From assembly GCA_964016885.1 (NCBI GenBank), contig CAXHJY010000782.1, forward strand, positions 1 to 54,589: 54,589 nt of DNA, in the 5' to 3' direction. Origin of the DNA: Eledone cirrhosa (Eukaryota). A program made the translations under genes and the position numbers. The notes below the pieces were generated by a model, which did not search any database, was not told the DNA's origin, and was given only the letters and a program-made list of their open reading frames with translations. Positions within the stretch are counted from its first letter, which is position 1. Every line of letters starts with the position of its first letter. This document shows positions 26,854 to 40,120 of this stretch, in pieces.

Positions 26854-28062
26854 TTAGCCCTATATATAGTGTTAGAAACCAAGCCAAAATCAGTTCTATA
26901 TGAGCAAGTCATAGTCACCTTACCTAGCTTGTCACACAATGGGAAACCTCACCTAACCCATGCTAATATAGAAAAATGGACGTTAAACAGTGTTGATGAT
27001 GATGATGATGATAATAATGTTGATGATAGAGAGAGAAAGAAAGAAAAAAAGAGAGGGGGAAGTGGGTGAGAGTGAGATATATTAATACATTGCTCATACA
27101 TTCAGGCATGTATAAATTTTCATATATATATATACACTCACACACACGTATATACATTATCTATATTTATGTATGCTTATATATATTTTTACAACATAAA
27201 GAATTGTTCTCTTTAATGTAAAGACTAGGTTTTCATCTATTAATGAACAGTTATAGAAAAGTTAATATGAGTTGAGTTCCTTTAAATTGCTCTAACATTA
27301 TCTTCTAATGTCATTCTTATTGTTATATATGTGTTAAATTCATTTAGAAATTCTTTTTTATATTAAATGGAGTCCCTTGAAATACATCAAAGTAAAGATG
27401 CACTATGGATGCCATCATCCGTTTGATATTGATACAGTTGTCTTGAAATTCCTAATATTTCTATAGGAACAAATGGATTTAGAAAGTACATTGGTTTTGC
27501 ATAATACCTTTTAGAAATCTTTGTTTGAAAGATTATCCTACACAATAAATGAAGTATGTTTACTGTCACCTTCAGTTTTAAACTTTCTGTAGATGCTTTC
27601 ACCTTTTGTCTCTAACATTTATGACATCAGTGTTCTTTGCTTCTTCTCTACAGTGATATGATGGTAAATATTTTTATTGATATTTAAATAAAAAATGGCA
27701 TAATTTTAACAGCTATTATTTATGTTGTGTGAAATATAAAATTTATATATATATAGAGATAATTCTTTATTTATCATATATTGTTTTTGTTGTTATTTTA
27801 TTTCCTTTCCCAACATTGTCATCTTTTAAATTGTTCTTTTAAAGACACGAATGTCACAGTTTGTACTCTCCCAAACCTCTTCTCTTTTCTTTTCTATGAA
27901 TCTATTAATTTTGTGATTATATGGAAGAGTAGGAAACTAAATACTTTCTTCTTTTTTTTTACTTTCAATCTTCTGCATACCTGATTCAAACCTACCAGGC
28001 TTATCATTATTAAAATAATGGTGTTGGAGTGGCAGAAACGGTAGCGCAATGGACAATATGAT

Positions 28063-28250
28063 AATAATTGTTTCTACTTTTGGCACAAGGACAGCAATTA
28101 CCCAGTACATTACTGGTATTTTATTTTATCGACCCCGTAAGGATGAAAGGCAAAGTTAACCTCGGCGGGATTTGAACTCAGAATGGAAAGGGCCATAACT
28201 CTTTGCGTCAAAGCATGGCGTCCGACCCTCTACCGATACTGCCAATCCAA
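28063..28250 (-). mobile_element. tRNA-derived SINE (family 1)
   Basis: Reverse complement of the family 1 sequence, abutting a CR1 tail. Confidence 0.88.
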
Positions 28251-29345
28251 TAATGATAATGAAAATATTGTGTACAGTGCTCAGGTGCACTACAACTCAT
28301 CAAATACATAGGGTAATGTACAAACGTCAGGAAAATGAAAATGAACAGTGCATGAGTATGGAAGAGGGACATCAGGTGTAGTTTTGGCGAATTTCGGGAA
28401 GCAGTTTGTTCCATGCTTCAGCAACTCTAAGCGTGAAAAAATGTTTCTGAAAGTCATGGGAGCTGTGCTGTTTTCTGACTTTGTAGGCATGCCCACGTGT
28501 GTTAGACACGTGGAGATCACAAAGGTGCTCAGGGTTGTTGTTGGCGAGATGGTTAATAACTTTGTGGGTGTTTACCAAGTCCATTGCCAGACGTCGGAGC
28601 TTCAATGAATCCATGCCCAGGGAAGCAAGGCATTCAGAGTATGGTAGGTGTCTGATGGAGGGTATGCGCTTGGTTGCACGTCTCTGAACAGTTTCCAGGA
28701 GGTCAATGTTGTGAGCAAGATAGGGGTTCCAAACAGATGATGCGAATTCGGTCGTACCATAGCTGTATACAGCTTTAAATAGATGGCTGGAGAGCGGCTA
28801 ACAAAGGTCTTGCTGAGTGATGCCAAGACACCCTCAGCCTTCTTGACAATTTTAAAGATGTGCTTTGTTCAACGCAAATCGCTGCTGACAGTAATGCCCA
28901 GGTCACATTCACAAGAGGATTTCTTGATATCAGTCTTGTGGAGGGAGTATGTGGGACGCTGAATTTTTCCTCCCAAAATGCATGGTGGTACACTTGTCCA
29001 CAGCCAGCTTAATTGCCAGTCTGTGATCCATTGCTGCATTGTGTCCAGGTCTGATTGTAGGAATCTGATTTCAGGATCTGTCCTTTTGATTTCAAGGTAC
29101 AGCTTGATCTCATCTGCATATTTCAGTACTGTGGCATTCTTTAAGTTGGCATCTATGTCATTAATGTATGCAACAAACAAAAGGGGACCAAGAACAGATC
29201 CCTGAGGTACACCAGATCACATCTCATATGGTGAAGAATGCTGTCCTAGAACCGTGACTACCACTTTTCGACTGAGAATGAAGGATTTCAACCAGTTAAA
29301 AAGATCATCCTTCACACTCATTGCAAAGAGTTTCGCCATAAGTCT
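28251..29345 (-). mobile_element. CR1-clade LINE, degenerate 3' RT fragment
   Basis: PQGSVLGPLLFVAYIND...KYADEIKLY...LQSDLD and TRGHAYKV...FFTLRVAEAWNKL across frameshifts. 3' UTR ends in (ATT)-type repeats. Confidence 0.9.
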
Positions 29346-29516
29346 TTTATACTTTGCAACATACAATTATGTTCCTTTGTGTTCTGATTTCAAATCCTGA
29401 CCTGGTTAGCTTTGTTCTTCATCTTTACAGGGTCACTAAAATGCACATTAAAATCACACATCCATCTAAGCATAATCACTTCATTTCTCACCAGCCTTCA
29501 TGTCTTTGTGTGTATA

Positions 29517-29862
29517 TCATCATCATCATCATCAACGTTTAACGTCCATGTTCCACGCTTGCATGGGTTTGGACGGGGGTTTTCCCACTTGAGGCAAGAG
29601 TGATTGTCTTGCTCGCATATGACTGTCTGGCAGGTTTTCTACAGCTGGATGCCCTTCCTAACACCAACCACATTTACAGTGTGGGTCTGGGAGGTTTTTA
29701 CTGTGTTGCCTACACGGCCACATTACAGCGTGGACTGTGTGTTTTTTTGTCGTGACACCTACACGATCTCATTTGTTTCGGCCTGGATGGCGCTGCACCA
29801 ACATAACTTTACATAGAGGGGGTGGGGGTGGTGGTACGGGGGTGTATTTTGTTAGAGATGCC

Positions 29863-29864
<2 letters not shown>
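29517..29864 (-). mobile_element. RTE LINE 3' UTR fragment (subfamily I)
   Basis: Matches 845-1201 and 41730-42100. Confidence 0.88.
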
Positions 29865-29895
<31 letters not shown>

Positions 29896-29898
29896 AAT

Positions 29899-29950
29899 GG
29901 CTTCTATAGGACTAGAACTGTTTCATTTGAAGGAAATCATCAGGAAAGCC
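29899..29950 (-). ncRNA. Hammerhead motif (family B), partly decayed; family B tail in opposite orientation at 30110-30168
   Basis: Minus strand GGCTTTC-CTGATGA-TTTCcttcAAAT-GAAA-CAG-ttctagtc-CTA-TA-GAAGCC. Confidence 0.6.
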
Positions 29951-30381
29951 GACTGTCAATGTGATATGGTGATATTAATACATTTTCTGTTGGTAGGGGA
30001 AGGTGGTGATTGGCGTGGGTGGAGGTCATTGGCTGATGGATTTAAAGAATGGAGATTCATTGAAAAAACTATATTTAGAGAAAAATACAATGTGATACAT
30101 ATATTAAATATTTATACTCTATGTATTGAGTACCTCACTTACTGTGGTTACCTTCGATTGAACCCGACACACGCACGCACGCACACACACACACACACAC
30201 ACATATATATGTATTACGGGCTTTTGCATATTTACTGTCAATCTAATTCACACACAAGGCCTAGGCCAGCAAGGAGTCATATTAAATGACATTTGCTTAG
30301 TGTCATGTGGTGGAATAGTAGCTGAGATCCAGTGACTGCAAAGTAAACTTATTAACCATATAGTCATGCTTATGCTTTACA

Positions 30382-30602
30382 AATAATGGTTTCTGATTTA
30401 GGCACAAGGCCAACAATTTTGGGGGGAGGGGAAACTTGATTAAATAAATCCCAGTGCATTACTGGTACTTTATTTTATGAACCCTATAAGGATGAAAGGT
30501 AAAGCTAACTTCAACAAGATTTGAAATCAGACTGCCAAGGGCCATAACTCTATGCCATAAAGCACGTTGTCCGATGATCTACCAATTACTGCCAGTCCAC
30601 CA
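30382..30602 (-). mobile_element. Diverged SINE (family 1, older subfamily)
   Basis: Same head and centre as family 1, with a longer 3' part. Confidence 0.7.
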
Positions 30603-31375
30603 CTCTTTGTGCTTGACATACAATAAAAGCTGACATCTTTCCTATATCATCAATATTGAGCATTTTATAGTATAAAGATCTAGAACCTTTGTTACATATT
30701 TTGGATGGTCATTTTATATTGGTTCAATTTTAGTTAATTGTTACTAACAACCAACACCACACAGATAATGGAGTTATTAAAAGGGCCATCCATATATGAT
30801 ATTTATTTTCCTACTATATAATATCATAGCTATTATTGTTAGAACTACTCATCTACAGTCCTTTGTATTATAACTGTTGCTATTACTAATCGTTTCACAT
30901 CGTTAATCTATTGTCAACTTCAATCTATTGATTTCCATTGTATTTCAATAGCAGGGCACCATACTCATGCCCTTAACATTAATGATGTTATAACAAGTCT
31001 TACCTAACAACAAAGACACTCCGTATTCCTACTTCAATATATACATACATATATATACACATATAAATATACCATTATATATGTATATTTATATATTTAT
31101 ATATACACATGTTTTTATATATATATATATATACATATACTTATATATATGCATATATTTTCATATACACATATATTTATATATATATAGATATATACAC
31201 TTACATACATACACCCCTTAAGCAATATAGTAGCTTCGATTCTACGATGCTACCGTAATTAAATACCTATTAAGAAAGAACACACTTTACATCATTTAAT
31301 GTGACACCTAAAGCAAACATTAGTAGAGGAGAACAGGATGAAGCAATTATAAAGAAAGATATAGAAAGACATATG

Positions 31376-31713
31376 GAGGCACATGGCTTAGTGGTTAGAG
31401 CATTGGCCTTGCAATCGAAAGGTTGTGAGTTCAATTCTCAGACCGGGTGATGTGTTGTTTCCTTGAGCAAGACACTTTATTTCACATTGCTCCAGTTTAC
31501 TCAGCTGTAGAAATGAGATGATAGGGACTGGGGTCCTATCATTCCACTGCAAAGTGGTCGTGGAGGCACCACGGCAAAAAGCACCCAGCACCCACTGTAA
31601 ATGAGGTTGGTGTTAGGAAGGGCATCCAGCTGTAGAAATCAAGCCAGAATCAGTTCCCGTCCCACCCTTGCAAGCAGGGAAAAGCAGACGTAAAATGATG
31701 ATGATGATGATGA
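31376..31713 (+). mobile_element. Full-length tRNA/CORE-like SINE with RTE tail (family 2)
   Basis: A box TGGCTTAGTGG, B box GTTCAATTC, TCCTTGAGCAAGACACTTT core, RTE 3' UTR tail, (GAT)n. Confidence 0.9.
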
Positions 31714-32019
31714 TCATGATTGCTAAAAGAACAGCTAGTTAGGTTCAGCATATTGCCAACTGCCAAATAAATACACTTAATAGTAATTGTTTCTACTTTT
31801 GGCACAAAGCCAGCAATTATCCAGTACATTACTGGTACTTTATTTTATTGACCCCGTAAGGATGAAAGGCAAAGTTAACCTCGGCGGGATTTGAACTCAG
31901 AATACACTTAATAGTAATGATAGAGAGATTGTCCAGTAAACAATTATCTATTTAATAAATAAAGATAGAAACAATTTCTGGTTTATGATAGTAACTAATG
32001 ATACATTCCTTTCCTTTTC

Positions 32020-32195
32020 ACCTGTATCTCCTGGGGGAGTAATGGGGTACCATTATCTGTAACTCCTGTGGGAGTCGTGGAGGACATTAACTGTAACTCC
32101 TGTGACAGTTGTGGGAGTGCCATAACCTGTAACTCCTGTGGCAGTCATCAGGACCCCATTACCTGTAACTCATGTGACAGTCATCAAGGCACCAT
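32020..32195. repeat. Degenerate ~35-bp tandem repeat, ~5 copies
   Basis: ctgtaactcctgtg...ccatta units. Confidence 0.7.
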
Positions 32196-32717
32196 TCTAT
32201 TACCATATTTCTATTGAAAAACACTGCTTATGACTTTCAGATAATTCTGGCCTGAGATCCTCCCTTTTCTCTTCCGTTTTTTAAATATTTCTAGTGTAAT
32301 TATTTTATAGTCCCTCCTCCGTAGTTACTCATTTATTATATTTCTAAGTAGTTTGATAATAAACAAGAATTTTCTTATAACTAAGTTGACGTTTGAAACA
32401 TAACTTAAGAGTTTCAAGGGCATTTCTAGGGCAATTTTAGACCTGGTAGAGCCCATCTCCCCTCCAGGTCTGAATACAACAGATTTCTTCCCGAGAAGGA
32501 TAGAGAGTGAGAGAGAGAGATATAGAGGAAGAATAGACCCCAGTAGTAAACTGGTACATTTCTATCGCCCTTAAATAGATGAAAGGCAATAAGAAGCTCC
32601 CTAGCTTGCTCAATAATGGGATTTTAGTGAAAAGGGAAATAATGTTGTCCAGTGTCTGTCAGAATGGTAAAATAAACATCAATGTGATAACAACATGAAG
32701 TTGATAATACTTATATA

Positions 32718-32902
32718 GATGATGATTATGGAAATGATGATGATGATGACGATGACGATGACGATGATGATGATGATGATCATCATCATCATCATCATCA
32801 TCATTTTGATGGTGGTGGTGTTGGTGATAACAATGATGATGATGATGATGGTGGTGGTAGTGTTGGTGGTGATGATGGCGACAACATCGATGATGATGAT
32901 GG
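32718..32902. repeat. (GAT)n/(CAT)n/(GGT)n trinucleotide tract
   Basis: Direct inspection. Confidence 0.85.
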
Positions 32903-33283
32903 TAAGTCATCTCTATGAATGTTCAAAGACTTCTTAGTCATCCTTAAAGAGAGACATCCAATAAACATTTTTCACTTAATCCCCTGCTATCACTGGTTGG
33001 TTAAGAAGCTTAAGAAATAATCTTATATACTAATTTCTATCTATGGTCTTGGGATATGGACCAGTAATTCTTTCTGTCATGTCAGTGTGCTTAGTGCAAT
33101 AAAAATTCCAGCATATTACATTAAAATACTTTTGGGTCTTTGAAATCTGTCTGTTGCCAACAATGTTATCGGAGAAAATATAGCTGCATAATAAGTGAAA
33201 CAAATTCAATTAAACTAACTTTAGGACAATCTTTCTTTAGACCATTACATCAGTTATTGCTTGTAATACCTAGTCACCATTTA

Positions 33284-33754
33284 ATCATCATCATCATCAC
33301 TGTTTTACGTTCGTTCTACCACGCTAGCATGGGTTAGATGGGTTGACCTGTTGTGGGTAGTGTCCAGTCGGCTGACTTTGTCTTGCTCATACGGGAACTG
33401 ATTCTGGCTTGATTTCTATAGCTGGATGCCCTTCCTAACACCAACCTCATTTACAGTAAGTGCTGGGTGCTTTTTGCCATGGCACCTACATGTCCACTTT
33501 ACAGTGGGAGGGAGTGGGGGCATATTGTCTATATGCTTCAGCTTTGGCTTGTTCCTGTGGGAAGTTGGGTCTTCTGTATTACTTCGTGATGCTAGGTCAT
33601 GGTTGCGTGTCATTCTCCTTGAGAGGTTCAATTCAGTAAGGTTGGCTTTTATCACCTCATCCCAGGGCTTCTTGGGTCTCCCCACTCCACGGCTTCCATC
33701 GACTTCTAGTGCTCTGCACCTTTTTATGCAGCTGTCATCCTTCATACGCATCAT
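33284..33754 (-). mobile_element. RTE LINE 3' fragment (subfamily II)
   Basis: MRMKDDSCIKRCRALEVDGSRGVGRPKK plus 3' UTR matching 52870-53382. Confidence 0.9.
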
Positions 33755-33774
33755 TAATTAATTAATCATACACA

Positions 33775-33965
33775 GGTGGTGGATTGGCAGTATCGGTAGA
33801 GGGTAGGACGCCATGCTTTGACGCATAGAGTTACGGCCCTTGCCATTCTGAGTTCAAATCCCGCCGAGGTTAACTTTGCCTTTCATCCTTACGGGGTCGA
33901 TAAAATAAAGTACCAGTAATACACTGGGTAATCGCTGGCCTTGTGCCAAAAGTAGAAACAATTAA
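33775..33965 (+). mobile_element. Full-length tRNA-derived SINE (family 1)
   Basis: A/B boxes. Flanked by duplicated attaattaattaatcatac. Confidence 0.92.
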
Positions 33966-34389
33966 TTAATTAATCATACTAGACTCATTAATGAGTCTAG
34001 TAATATATAGGTATAGGTATAGCTGTCTGGTTAAGATTTCAGATGAAGAAATTAGTTTCTTTTGCAACCACATAACTCTATGTTCAATTCCACAGTGTGG
34101 TATTTCTATAATATTTTTCTACTATAGCTTTGAGTTTAACAATAGCTTCTTAGTAGAATTTGGTAGAAGGAAACTGTGCAGAAGCCCATCCCCGCCGAGG
34201 TCAACTTTACCTTTCATCCTTACGGGGTCGATAAAATAAACTACTAGTAATGTACTGGGTAATTGCTGGCCTTGTGCCAAAAGTAGAAACAATTATATAT
34301 ATATCCCCCAAAATGTGTTACTCTTTCCTAGATGAAGTGAATTAGCAGTACTACTCATATATATATATATATATATAGATAGATAGATA

Positions 34390-34586
34390 ATGTTTAATAT
34401 AGAAATGGCTTCTACAGGACTAGAACTGTTTCATTCAAAAGAAATCATCAGGGCTTTCCTGATGATTTCTTTTGAATGAAAAAGTTCTAGTCCTGTAGAA
34501 GCCATTTCTATATTAAACATGATGTTTACACTCTTCTAATCTATTGAGTACCTTACTTAGTGTGGTTACCCCCAATTGAACCTGAC
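34390..34586 (+). mobile_element. PLE-like hairpin element (family B): arms 34390-34452 and 34458-34520, plus tail
   Basis: 63-bp inverted arms with 5-nt loop. Back-to-back hammerhead cores (minus 34407-34452, plus 34452-34503). Confidence 0.8.
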
Positions 34587-34637
34587 ACACACACACACAC
34601 ACACATATTTATATATATATATATGTGTGTGTGTATA

Positions 34638-34680
<43 letters not shown>

Positions 34681-35181
34681 TCATGTCATTAGAAAGGTAT
34701 AGAGAAATGAATGTTATTGCTTGCAAGAAAGAAAAAGCTGACAGTTGATAAAGTGCTGGAGGCATTGTATTGTATGTTTAAGAGATATAACATCACTAGC
34801 GTCTCTCTTCCCTGTAGTGTAGCTAATATCTGACATTACCTCATACTCTCTCTAGACTGGACTAGATGTTAGTAAAACTAGATGAAATTCTCATCTTTTG
34901 CTGAGACATGATCACTAGAAAGTAAATACAGAAATAAAATAGATTTGTGTTAGAGAGTTATTTAACATTTGCCTGAAGCAAGCAATAGATGAAAGATTTT
35001 AAACAGATTTTCTCATAAGTAGGTAGCATTTTAATGGGAGGTGGTGGGGTTAATGTTTGAGAAAGTTTAATATATATATATACAGACATATATATGTACA
35101 TATATACAGAAATATATGTATATATATATATATATATACACGACTTATAGCTATTGTATGAATAAAAGTCTGTCTCCCCGG

Positions 35182-35233
<52 letters not shown>

Positions 35234-35244
35234 CACACGCACAT

Positions 35245-35294
35245 GCATTCCTGAGGATTTCATACGAATGAAACTGTTCTACTCCAGTAGAAGC
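35245..35294 (+). ncRNA. Type-I hammerhead ribozyme (family B)
   Basis: TTC-CTGAGGA-TTTCatacGAAT-GAAA-CTG-ttctactc-CAG-TA-GAA. Stem III CTG/CAG is compensatory to CAG/CTG in other copies. Confidence 0.75.
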
Positions 35295-35424
35295 CTTTTC
35301 TATATTAAATCTTGTTTGTTCTCACTCTACTTATGTATTGAGTACCTTATTTACTGAAGTTACATGGGGATCAATATATATATATGATCTATATATATAT
35401 AGTTATATATAGGGTCTAACCACT

Positions 35425-35712
35425 AAGCATGGCTTGGTGGTTAGAGCATTTGGGTTTGTAATTAAGAGGCTGGGAGTTTGATTCTTGCACCGGGTGATTA
35501 CTCAGCTGTAGAAATGAGTTACGACATCACTGGTGCCAAGCAGAATTGGCAATTGTTTTTCCCCTTGTACAACATCGGTGGCGTAGAGAGGGGAGACTGG
35601 TATACACAGGCGACTGCTGGTTTTCCACAAATAAACCTTGCCCAGGCTTGTGCCTGTGAGAGAAACTTTCTAGCTGCAAAACCATCAGCATTTGTGACCA
35701 ATGGGAGCCACT
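35425..35712 (+). mobile_element. tRNA-derived SINE (family 3: family 2-like head, different tail)
   Basis: TGGCTTGGTGGTTAGAGC...GAGTTTGATTC...CTCAGCTGTAGAAATGAG followed by a distinct tail. Confidence 0.6.
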
Positions 35713-36362
35713 AAATATATATATGCGTCATTCACAAAGCTGGTGAAGAGCAAAATACCTGTTGATAACGTGATATTCCTTGTTCGATCTTTATGCTGAA
35801 AGTTTATAGTTTTAAACAGACATTATTATTGATTTAGGTGTCATAGAAACCCTGCATTTGGATTTTACCATCAATTCCACTTGGGTCCACGTCTGATTTT
35901 ATCATTTATTTTGTTTGACCTGTTTAGCTTGATTTGTTTTTTGGCTTAGGTGGTTAATGCCTTCTTGACCACTTTTCAGTTTGTATGGCGTTTTAACATA
36001 TTGTTTAGCTCTAGTTTTCTTAACTATTGGAGCGCTTGCCAGCATTTCTACGGTTTTGCGTTTCGTTTCGCCTTTTCTACCGGCCGAAATACGATTCTCG
36101 CTGAATTTATATTTATATATATATATATACAACAAATGTTTGGATTTGAACTGAAGATCTCTTTTGTTAGTAAGACAACACTTTTACTACATATTCATTC
36201 TATATCTACTAATAGTAGTAGTGCTTTGTGCCATTAGTCAGTGAAACATTAGCTGCCACAGTAATTTTAGTCAAAACATAGTCATGGTTGAGTAATTCCT
36301 ATTGAGAAAATCATTCAACCATAAAAATGACCAGCACTAGTAATGTCAGATTGATGTCTTAA

Positions 36363-37822
36363 CCCTTTAGCATTCACATTGAATTGTCAAATGTCATGTT
36401 CATCTATTCGCATTATTTTCACTTAATTATACTCAAGAGGGTTATCAATTTTATTTGTTTGTAATTACTTTAATTTTCTATGTGCAGACTTGAAATTTTG
36501 TCAGTAGATGTTTAAATAACTATAATTTACAATTATATATTTTTACCTGATTTTTTTTGTTAAATTTGACTTTTATGGGCAAGTGAAATTAATTAACAGG
36601 TGTAAAAGTAATAACTTTATGGATAAACACAAAAATTTAAACTTTATCTGTTAGATTTGTTGCCAAAAAATCCAATAATGACCTAGATGCTGATTTCCAT
36701 CAATTCTAGCAGTTTTCTGAACAGGTGAATTAATTAAAAATGCAGGTGTAATCAGTACACGGTTTTAGTCTTTCTCTACATTCCAGGCAAATATTTTCAT
36801 TGAAAAAAATGTATAAAACCTTTTCACCGGTCAAAATAATATTGGCAATGTACTCTGTAAATGTACGGTGTAAAATTACGTAATAGAAAGTTCCCAATAT
36901 ATAAGGTTATACACACTTTTAAATTTTTCTGACAATATTTCAATTAATGGTCGTACTTTGTACAGTGGGTCGTAATTTGATTCATTTCTACCAGGGGCAT
37001 TTGAAGTATCAACCAGATGCAAATACTGGTTTAATTTAATGAATCTCGTTTTTGCCATAATACTAGATATATAAGGGTCACCAAACCTTATATCAGTACT
37101 CCAATAATTCCACAGTCGTGGAAATTGTTTAATACCAAACATAATATTTATGGTAAACAACGCTTTCATTTCGGCAGAATCTGTCGGACAACATAACAGA
37201 TCGGGTTTTCCGATATTAGAAATTTGTTGTTGTGCATAGCGATTTGCCACAACTTCGAAGAAAGATTGTGGTAAAAATAAAAAATAATAATCCAGTGCTT
37301 TAGCATCGGGTGGTAATGTGTGTTGTGGTCCAATATTTTCAGTAAAATCCGAAACATGTATCGATGTTGTTTCTTTCAACCACGTTGCTATTTTTTCAAT
37401 GGTGTCAGTCAAATCTTCTCTTTCACTTTCAAAGTAACTATCATCATTATCAGATATATCAGAAATAAATATGTCTGATTCGTTTGAAGATAAATCACTG
37501 ATATTATCTTCTGTTTCTTTTTGATCTCGAATGTCGTCGGACGTAAAACCTTCAAATTCGTTGTCGCTACTTTCGGAAGCCATGTTACACTTTCAACGTT
37601 AAAAACACGTGTTATCGCAAGTTCTTTAACTATACTAAAAGTTAATTTTCGCGCGTAAGGGCTTTATCTCGCAGTAATCTCGAATTGACGAGATTTCGAT
37701 GATGTCAATGTTTATTTTTAGAAGGAAATCTCCGTGTGGTATTAAATGTCGGTTTTTGTCGGTTTGAATAAATGAAAGGGGACATAATTTTGTCGGTTTT
37801 TGTCGCTTTGAACGCTAAAGGG
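36363..37822 (-). mobile_element. piggyBac transposon, deleted derivative
   Basis: TTAA at 36359-36362 and 37823-37826. 14-bp TIR CCCTTTAGCRTTCA. Confidence 0.88.
36876..37583 (-). pseudogene. Truncated piggyBac (PGBD4-like) transposase, N-terminal part
   Basis: Acidic N-terminus, YWSTD, MAKTRFIKLNQYLHL, YDPLYKVRPLI. Stops before the DDD catalytic residues. Confidence 0.88.
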
Positions 37823-37956
37823 TTAAGGAATACACAACTAATGGAAATTAAACAAGTTTTTTTTGTGAGATATTTTCATAATTTTACATCATATAAAGTT
37901 TAAACGAGGAAGATTCTTATATGACAATAAATTAAAAAATTCTGGATTTATCTATC

Positions 37957-38325
37957 ATTGGCAGTATCGGTAGAGGGTCTGACGCCATGCTTTGCAGCAA
38001 AGAGTTATGGCCCTTTATGGTGTGAGTTCAAATCCCGCCAAGGTTAACTTTGCCTTTCATCCTTATGGGGTCGATAAAATAAAGTACCAGTAATACACTG
38101 GGATAATTGCTGGCCTTGTTTATTGAATTGTCAGCATTGGAAGAGCTTTGGACACCATGCTTCATGGCCTACAGTTATGGCCCTTTATGTTCTGACCTCA
38201 AATCCTACTAAAGTTATCTTTGCATTTCATCTTTATGGGGTTGATAAAATAAAGTACCAGAAACTCACTGGGGTTGATTTAATTGACTTTCTTTTCTCCC
38301 AAAATTGTTGGTCTTGTGCCTAAAT
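37957..38325 (+). mobile_element. Two adjacent family 1 SINEs (one young, one diverged)
   Basis: Family 1 head and centre occur twice. Confidence 0.8.
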
Positions 38326-38887
38326 CCAAGAGGGGCTGCCTTCATCTATCCTACACAGTCTTATTTATTTGGAGTCACTGTTCTCCTAGATGTGTTGCCT
38401 TCACTAAGACTATTTACTATTATAATTAGTCCTAAGTGTTCAATGTTGAGAAATGGAAACAGTAAGCTATAATAAGAGACACCTTGCAGTATTTGTTCTG
38501 GCTCTTTGGATTCTCACTTCAAATATTTTTATGGCTTACTTGGATAGTTGACCTGGTTTAACACAACCGTATATCCTTTAGAAGAATCCACTCTGTTGCA
38601 AACTAGGTCTCCAGTTTGGGGACACCATCGTCCTTATTCTTTCCCTACAATCTTGAAGACCCTAAAATAGGGTCATGGGCATTGTCCTTCACTCCATGAC
38701 TAATATCTCAACAGATTCCACTCTGTTGTATTCATAAGTATCCGAACCAAGTGTCCAGTTTGGGGACAACCCCTTCCTCACTTCCTACCTACATACAATT
38801 TTGTAGGCCTTATAAAGGGTCATGGGATTTGACTCTTTCTCCCTGACTAAAGAGTAAAAATGAAACCCCACTGAGTTTAGTGTAGAG

Positions 38888-39110
38888 TTAAACCTTTAGC
38901 ATTCAAACAGGCCATATCCAGCCAGAAGTATTTCATCTCTTTCTGTTTAAACTGGTTGTAACTGGCCAATCATACTGATGTTAAGATATTGTTCTCAAAA
39001 TAAATAATATAAAAATCTCATAGATTCAATATTATGTGTGATAATTATATGAGATAAACCTTTACTGTGAAAATACAATAGTATATATAGATTAAGGTAA
39101 ATGCTAAAGA
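38888..39110. mobile_element. piggyBac-type MITE, diverged
   Basis: Aligns by eye with the reverse complement of 3209-3438. Confidence 0.65.
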
Positions 39111-39684
39111 CAACAATGGCCTCTAAACAATAGCCTCCTAACCCTAACCAGTCATTGATACTATGTTACACAGTCATTATTAAATCAAGTGATGTTGGCA
39201 GTCATATTTCTTCCATTTAAACTGCATATCGAGATCAGATGCTTGTCATGCTTGATATATTTTCTTTATTAAAATCAATTGTAGTTGACAATTGACTTAT
39301 TGATTAAATCTAGCTTAGATTAGAAACAAAACCATACTTGGCTTAATGCATTATCAATGTTTTTCTTTTTCTCCATACTGTCATGGTATGGGCTGGGTGA
39401 GTCTTTATATTTACTGAGGCAGGATTCTATGGCCAGATGTTCTTCACAAGGCTTTACTTAATTTTATATATCTTCCTCTCTTTATATTTCTATCTATAAT
39501 AATTTCTCCTTTTTTTCTTCTTTCTCTTTTTTCTTTCTTCTTCTTTCTCCTTCCTTTCCTTTCTTTCTTTACTGTATCTATCTCCCTTTCTTCCTCTTTT
39601 TCTCTCTATATCTTTATTAGTAATATTATTATTGATGATGTAATTTGAATTTGTAAATTTGCCGGTTACATATATATTTTTTAA

Positions 39685-39794
39685 CAGTTTCTGAAGATCT
39701 AATAGAGTTAACATCATATTTAAAATTGAATGGCACTGCTTTTAGTGTTCAGCAATTTTTAGACAACTCTATCAGTGAAACAATTGTTAGACTG
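39685..39794 (+). ncRNA. Hammerhead motif with long stem-II insert (family E)
   Basis: CAGTTT-CTGAAGA-TCTAATAGAGTT...AACTCTATCAGT-GAAA-CAATTG-TT-AGACTG. Confidence 0.72.
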
Positions 39795-40027
39795 CAAATA
39801 AATCCCCTTTTTTGTACTGTTGACCATGTTATTCTCCACTTTTTCAATTTTATTACTCCAGGATAAACTTACATAGGAATACAGGTGAAATCATAAACTC
39901 GTCATCTACGTAAACCTCTTGTTGAGTCAAGCAATGCCGTATGCTATAACTATCCATAATAAGAAGTATTCACAACCTCTAATTGGATTACCTATAACGA
40001 TATTTTGTTATCCTTTATACATATATG

Positions 40028-40117
<90 letters not shown>

Positions 40118-40120
<3 letters not shown>

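Noticed and set aside
27387-27650. Minus-strand ORF or possible hAT BED-finger remnant
   Set aside because: Only a vague resemblance in a stop-ridden frame, with no TIRs or splice sites identified.
31376-31450. tRNA gene
   Set aside because: The tRNA-like head continues into a SINE body and RTE tail, with no complete cloverleaf evident. The same applies to the other SINE heads.
32659-32937. Poly-His/Asp and poly-Met ORFs
   Set aside because: Trinucleotide microsatellite with no splice or homology support.
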